This document shows positions 18,333 to 21,250 of a DNA stretch of 21,250 nt, in pieces. The DNA comes from Paramicrosporidium saccamoebae KSL3. Taxonomy: Eukaryota > Fungi > Cryptomycota. Under the pieces are notes generated by a model that had not been told where the DNA came from, made no database searches, and worked only from the letters and a program-made list of their open reading frames with translations. The stretch spans positions 1 through 21,250 of the forward strand of contig MTSL01000076.1 of the NCBI GenBank assembly GCA_002794465.1, written 5' to 3'. Numbering within the stretch: position 1 is the stretch's first letter; each line of letters opens with the position of its first letter. The translations under genes and the position numbers were made by a program.

Positions 18333-19889
18333 ATGTATCCCACCTCGAGGATTCCTGTACCGCGTTCTGTCAAGCGCTATCCGCCCGACGCAACTCATCG
18401 TATTGCCCTTGCCTCCTCTCCTTCTCAGCAAAAGGCGGCTCGTACAGCCTTGCGCTCTCCTCGTAAGTTTGCTCCTCTTAGTCCGTCGACGGCAATGCGC
18501 CGAATTTCATTCGCTCCGACCCCGAAACGGAATACCCGACTGTCCATGTACGGAGTGCCCGTGGGGTTGGAGAAGAGACAGGGAGGTTCACGACGCGCCT
18601 TGAACGACGGAAAACGGATTATGGTGTGTGCGAGGAAAAGGCCAATGTCCTCGGCCGAATTACGGACTAATGCCACCGATTGCATGACGGTGGATTGTGA
18701 ACGGAATACCCTAAAGATTTCGGCATCGCGGACAAGACTAGATGGACTGACAAAGTATGCAGAAGACTTTGACTTTAGTTTCGATCGCGTCTTTGATGCT
18801 GATGCCTCCAACTCCAAGGTTTACCGGCAAGTCGTGCGTCCCTTGGTAGAGTTTGCATTGAAAGGCGGAAAGTCTACGTGTTTTGCCTATGGGCAGACTG
18901 GCAGTGGAAAGACACACACCATGTTCCATCCCAAAGATGGACTCTGCAATGCGGCCATTAAAGAGATCCTAGAAGCATCTGGCTCGGACGGATGCTACAT
19001 TAGCTTCTTTGAAATTTATCAAAGCCAGCTGTATGATTTGCTGCGGGAGAGGAAAAAGGTAGTTCCCTGCGAAAGGTCGGACGGACAGGTCAAGATCATG
19101 GGACTCGGTGAGGATCATGTGTCGACTGCTGAAGAATCCCTCCAACTGATCCAACGAGGTCTTGCCACACGAGTGACTGGAAAGACGGGTGCTAATGCTC
19201 AATCGTCTCGCAGCCATGCAATTCTGCAATTTTCGCTAAAGCCCTCATCTGATTGTGGACGTCTGACGTTTATTGATTTGGCTGGGAGTGAGCGGGGAGC
19301 CGATCGTGCTGAGGTTGATTATCGGACAAAGTTGGAAGGATCAGAGATTAATAAGAGTCTTCTTGCCTTGAAGGAATGCATTAGGGCAATGGATATGGCC
19401 TCTTCTCATTTCCCCTTTCGACAGAGCAAACTGACGCTCGTCCTGAAGAATTCGATTATCGGAAATGTGCGCACAGCAATGATTGCAACCGTCTCACCGA
19501 CATTGCAAAGCTGTGAACACACTCTGAACACACTAAGATATGCCGATAGGTTCCGAGATTTGGGGGCGAATAATAGGGCCGAGACAGAGGTGGAGATGGA
19601 GATGGAGGTGGATGATAGTGATGCCTCGGAAGGTTTTGATGGGGAGGAGAATGAACCATTGGGAAATACAAACAGTTGGACCGTCTCGCCAATGCCACGA
19701 GATCGGGCAACGCCTGTAAAAACGGTCACTTTTGCCTCGCCCGATCGACTAGAAAGAAGACGTAGAACTGTAATGGACACTATAACACGTCTGCAGCATC
19801 ATGTACAGCAATGCACCGATGCTGATGTTTTGGAACTGTTGGGAGAGGAATTGGTGACTCTGACCAGCGCATTCCAAACTTTGGCCTGA
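18333..19889 (+). CDS. Kinesin-13 family microtubule depolymerase, 518 aa
   Basis: I.VCARKRP; loop-2 RLDGLTKY (KVD-like); FSFDRVF; CFAYGQTGSGKTHTM; SSRSHA; FIDLAGSERGAD; EINKSLLALKECIRA (KEC motif); CEHTLNTLRYADR; motor in internal position. Confidence 0.93.
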   Translation: MYPTSRIPVPRSVKRYPPDATHRIALASSPSQQKAARTALRSPRKFAPLSPSTAMRRISFAPTPKRNTRLSMYGVPVGLEKRQGGSRRALNDGKRIMVCARKRPMSSAELRTNATDCMTVDCERNTLKISASRTRLDGLTKYAEDFDFSFDRVFDADASNSKVYRQVVRPLVEFALKGGKSTCFAYGQTGSGKTHTMFHPKDGLCNAAIKEILEASGSDGCYISFFEIYQSQLYDLLRERKKVVPCERSDGQVKIMGLGEDHVSTAEESLQLIQRGLATRVTGKTGANAQSSRSHAILQFSLKPSSDCGRLTFIDLAGSERGADRAEVDYRTKLEGSEINKSLLALKECIRAMDMASSHFPFRQSKLTLVLKNSIIGNVRTAMIATVSPTLQSCEHTLNTLRYADRFRDLGANNRAETEVEMEMEVDDSDASEGFDGEENEPLGNTNSWTVSPMPRDRATPVKTVTFASPDRLERRRRTVMDTITRLQHHVQQCTDADVLELLGEELVTLTSAFQTLA

Positions 19890-19895
19890 TCAAAA

Positions 19896-20147
19896 TTACT
19901 GTCCTTGTGCAGTAGAGAATTGATGGATCTATTACTGGAATTGTGCAGTGGAGAATTGATGGATTTATTACTGTCCTCATGTAGTGGAGAATTGATGAAT
20001 TTATTGCTGATATTATGCAAATTAAGGCTGTATTCCAGTGTACTGACATTATGCAAGTTAAGGCTGTATTCCAGTGTACTGACATTATGCAAGTTAAGAG
20101 AGTATTCCAGTGTACTGACATTATGCAAATTAAGAGTGTATTTACAT
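19896..20147. repeat. 36-bp tandem array, 7 copies in two sub-types (3 + 4)
   Basis: Type A units at 19896, 19932, 19968 (ttactg....gtgcagtrgagaattgatggatyta); type B units at 20004, 20040, 20076, 20112 (gtactgacattatgcaarttaagr..gtattccagt). Confidence 0.95.
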
Positions 20148-20353
20148 CCCACCCCATAAATCTGTGAGATTAGTGACAAGACCCTTGTACCCGATATTTG
20201 ATCCGTAGACATGTTCGCGTACCTTTTAAATCTGCTACAAAATTGGCTGTTGAGAGAGTAGTAATAAAGTATGAAGACCCTGATGATCTGGGGATGCAAT
20301 ATTCCACAAAACTCCCACTCATTATCATAGAACGTTGAAAGAGTTTATTTACA

Positions 20354-21173
20354 CTACGCAAGAGTAGGATCAATCATGGGCAAGACAAAATGAACCCCAA
20401 AGAACAGGACGAGACATATAATTCCAATGATGAGCAATGTTTGTCTTGGCGACGCTCCCAAACTGAACATTCTCACATTTCTCAGCATTATGCAGTTCAG
20501 AATGATGCGCAGAATGCTCTTTAGCTGATCCATCGCCGCGGGCCCCTCCTCCGGCTCGGCCAACGTCAATCGTCTTGGCTTGGGTGGGGCATGCAGCTTG
20601 GGATCGTCTGGCTGTCGCCTTCCAAACTCGACCCGCTGACCAATCTCAATGGCGACCATTTCGGGGCCGTTGGGCTGAGTCTGTGGCGCCCCGGGGAGCA
20701 ATGGGTCGCGTTCCTTGGCCGTCTTGTCGGGCAGCTGACCCGCCCATTTGGTGCCGTCAACCACAGCGCGTATCGGCGCAAGGAGCGGCGAATTGCCCGA
20801 CGGCAGGACGGCAACTCGACAGACGGGACATTTGGCGCGCGAGAGCATCTGCTCGCCATTGCGCTCCAACTCCGCCTCCAAACAATCCCAATGGAACAAA
20901 TCTGCAATTAGACTTGGCCACAGCGGTACCAAAGCAGGCAAGTCGAACAGTCTGACGAGCACCAGCAACTGTCTCGTGACATAGGGGACAGCTGGCATCG
21001 AAATCACTGTCCTGGAGCCATTGTAAATATGTCCTGACCACACACTATGTCGGTCAAGGAGATGAGAGATGAGGTACTTGGGCATGTTCAGACACTACGC
21101 ATTGTTCACAGACATTCTTCCGGTGCTCAAAGCAGAACAATGTGGTTACTGTGCGACACTTGCAGAGACCCAT
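20354..21173 (-). CDS. ZFPL1: Zinc finger protein-like 1 (B-box-like + RING, C-terminal TM anchor), 3 exons, 252 aa
   Basis: Exons 21173-21078, 21044-20930, 20901-20354; introns 21045-21077 and 20902-20929. [54 protein letters not shown]...[13 protein letters not shown]...KCPVC..AVLP; hydrophobic C-terminal helix. Confidence 0.94.
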
Positions 21174-21250
21174 CTGAACAAGCCGACAGTGCAACAGGGG
21201 ATTCTCTGGTGTGGATGAAAAATGGGAACAAAAAAGAGAGGGGGGGGGGG

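Noticed and set aside
19780-20299. ORFs 19799-20299 (-) and 19780-20157 (+) as independent genes
   Set aside because: Repeat-derived, overlapping the kinesin 3' end, with no homology signal. Only the in-frame continuation is noted as a finding.
294-20984. The many other 60-190 aa ORFs nested in or antisense to called genes (e.g. 294-824, 7857-8279, 12566-13129, 15778-16200, 20575-20955)
   Set aside because: Expected shadow ORFs in ~50% GC coding DNA; none shows a domain signature.
21230-21250. Terminal G run
   Set aside because: Truncated by the window edge; cannot be distinguished from a homopolymer or contig-end artefact.

Overview
Gene-dense eukaryotic DNA with 14 supportable protein-coding genes and 16 very short spliceosomal introns (28-38 nt) that I reconstructed by hand. 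In order: UGGT (-), CARM1-type arginine methyltransferase (+), orphan GT-A glycosyltransferase (+), PP1 (+), TSR3 (-), POLD4 (-), mitochondrial glutaryl-CoA dehydrogenase (-), forkhead TF (-), stand-alone HNH nuclease (-), SRRM1-like PWI/RS protein (-), SNAPC4-like Myb protein (+), cornichon/Erv14 (-), truncated INTS2-like protein (+), kinesin-13 (+) and ZFPL1 (-); counting the orphan glycosyltransferase makes 15. The compaction, tiny introns and retained ancestral eukaryotic genes suggest an early-diverging fungal relative (rozellid / Paramicrosporidium-like). That assignment is inference, not a database result. I found no tRNA, rRNA, snRNA, CRISPR array or transposon. Most unusual features: (1) two adjacent head-to-head pairs with almost no promoter space, SRRM1/SNAPC4 (first ATGs share one CATG palindrome) and cornichon/INTS2 (8 bp apart, and a shared CATG if a 10-bp duplication is removed); (2) three splicing/snRNA-biogenesis genes within those pairs; (3) tiny introns whose 5' splice site is reduced to GTA, mostly GTAC; (4) a mini-INTS2; (5) an uncharacterised plant-type HNH nuclease. 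All family assignments come from recalled motifs and sequences; no searches were run.
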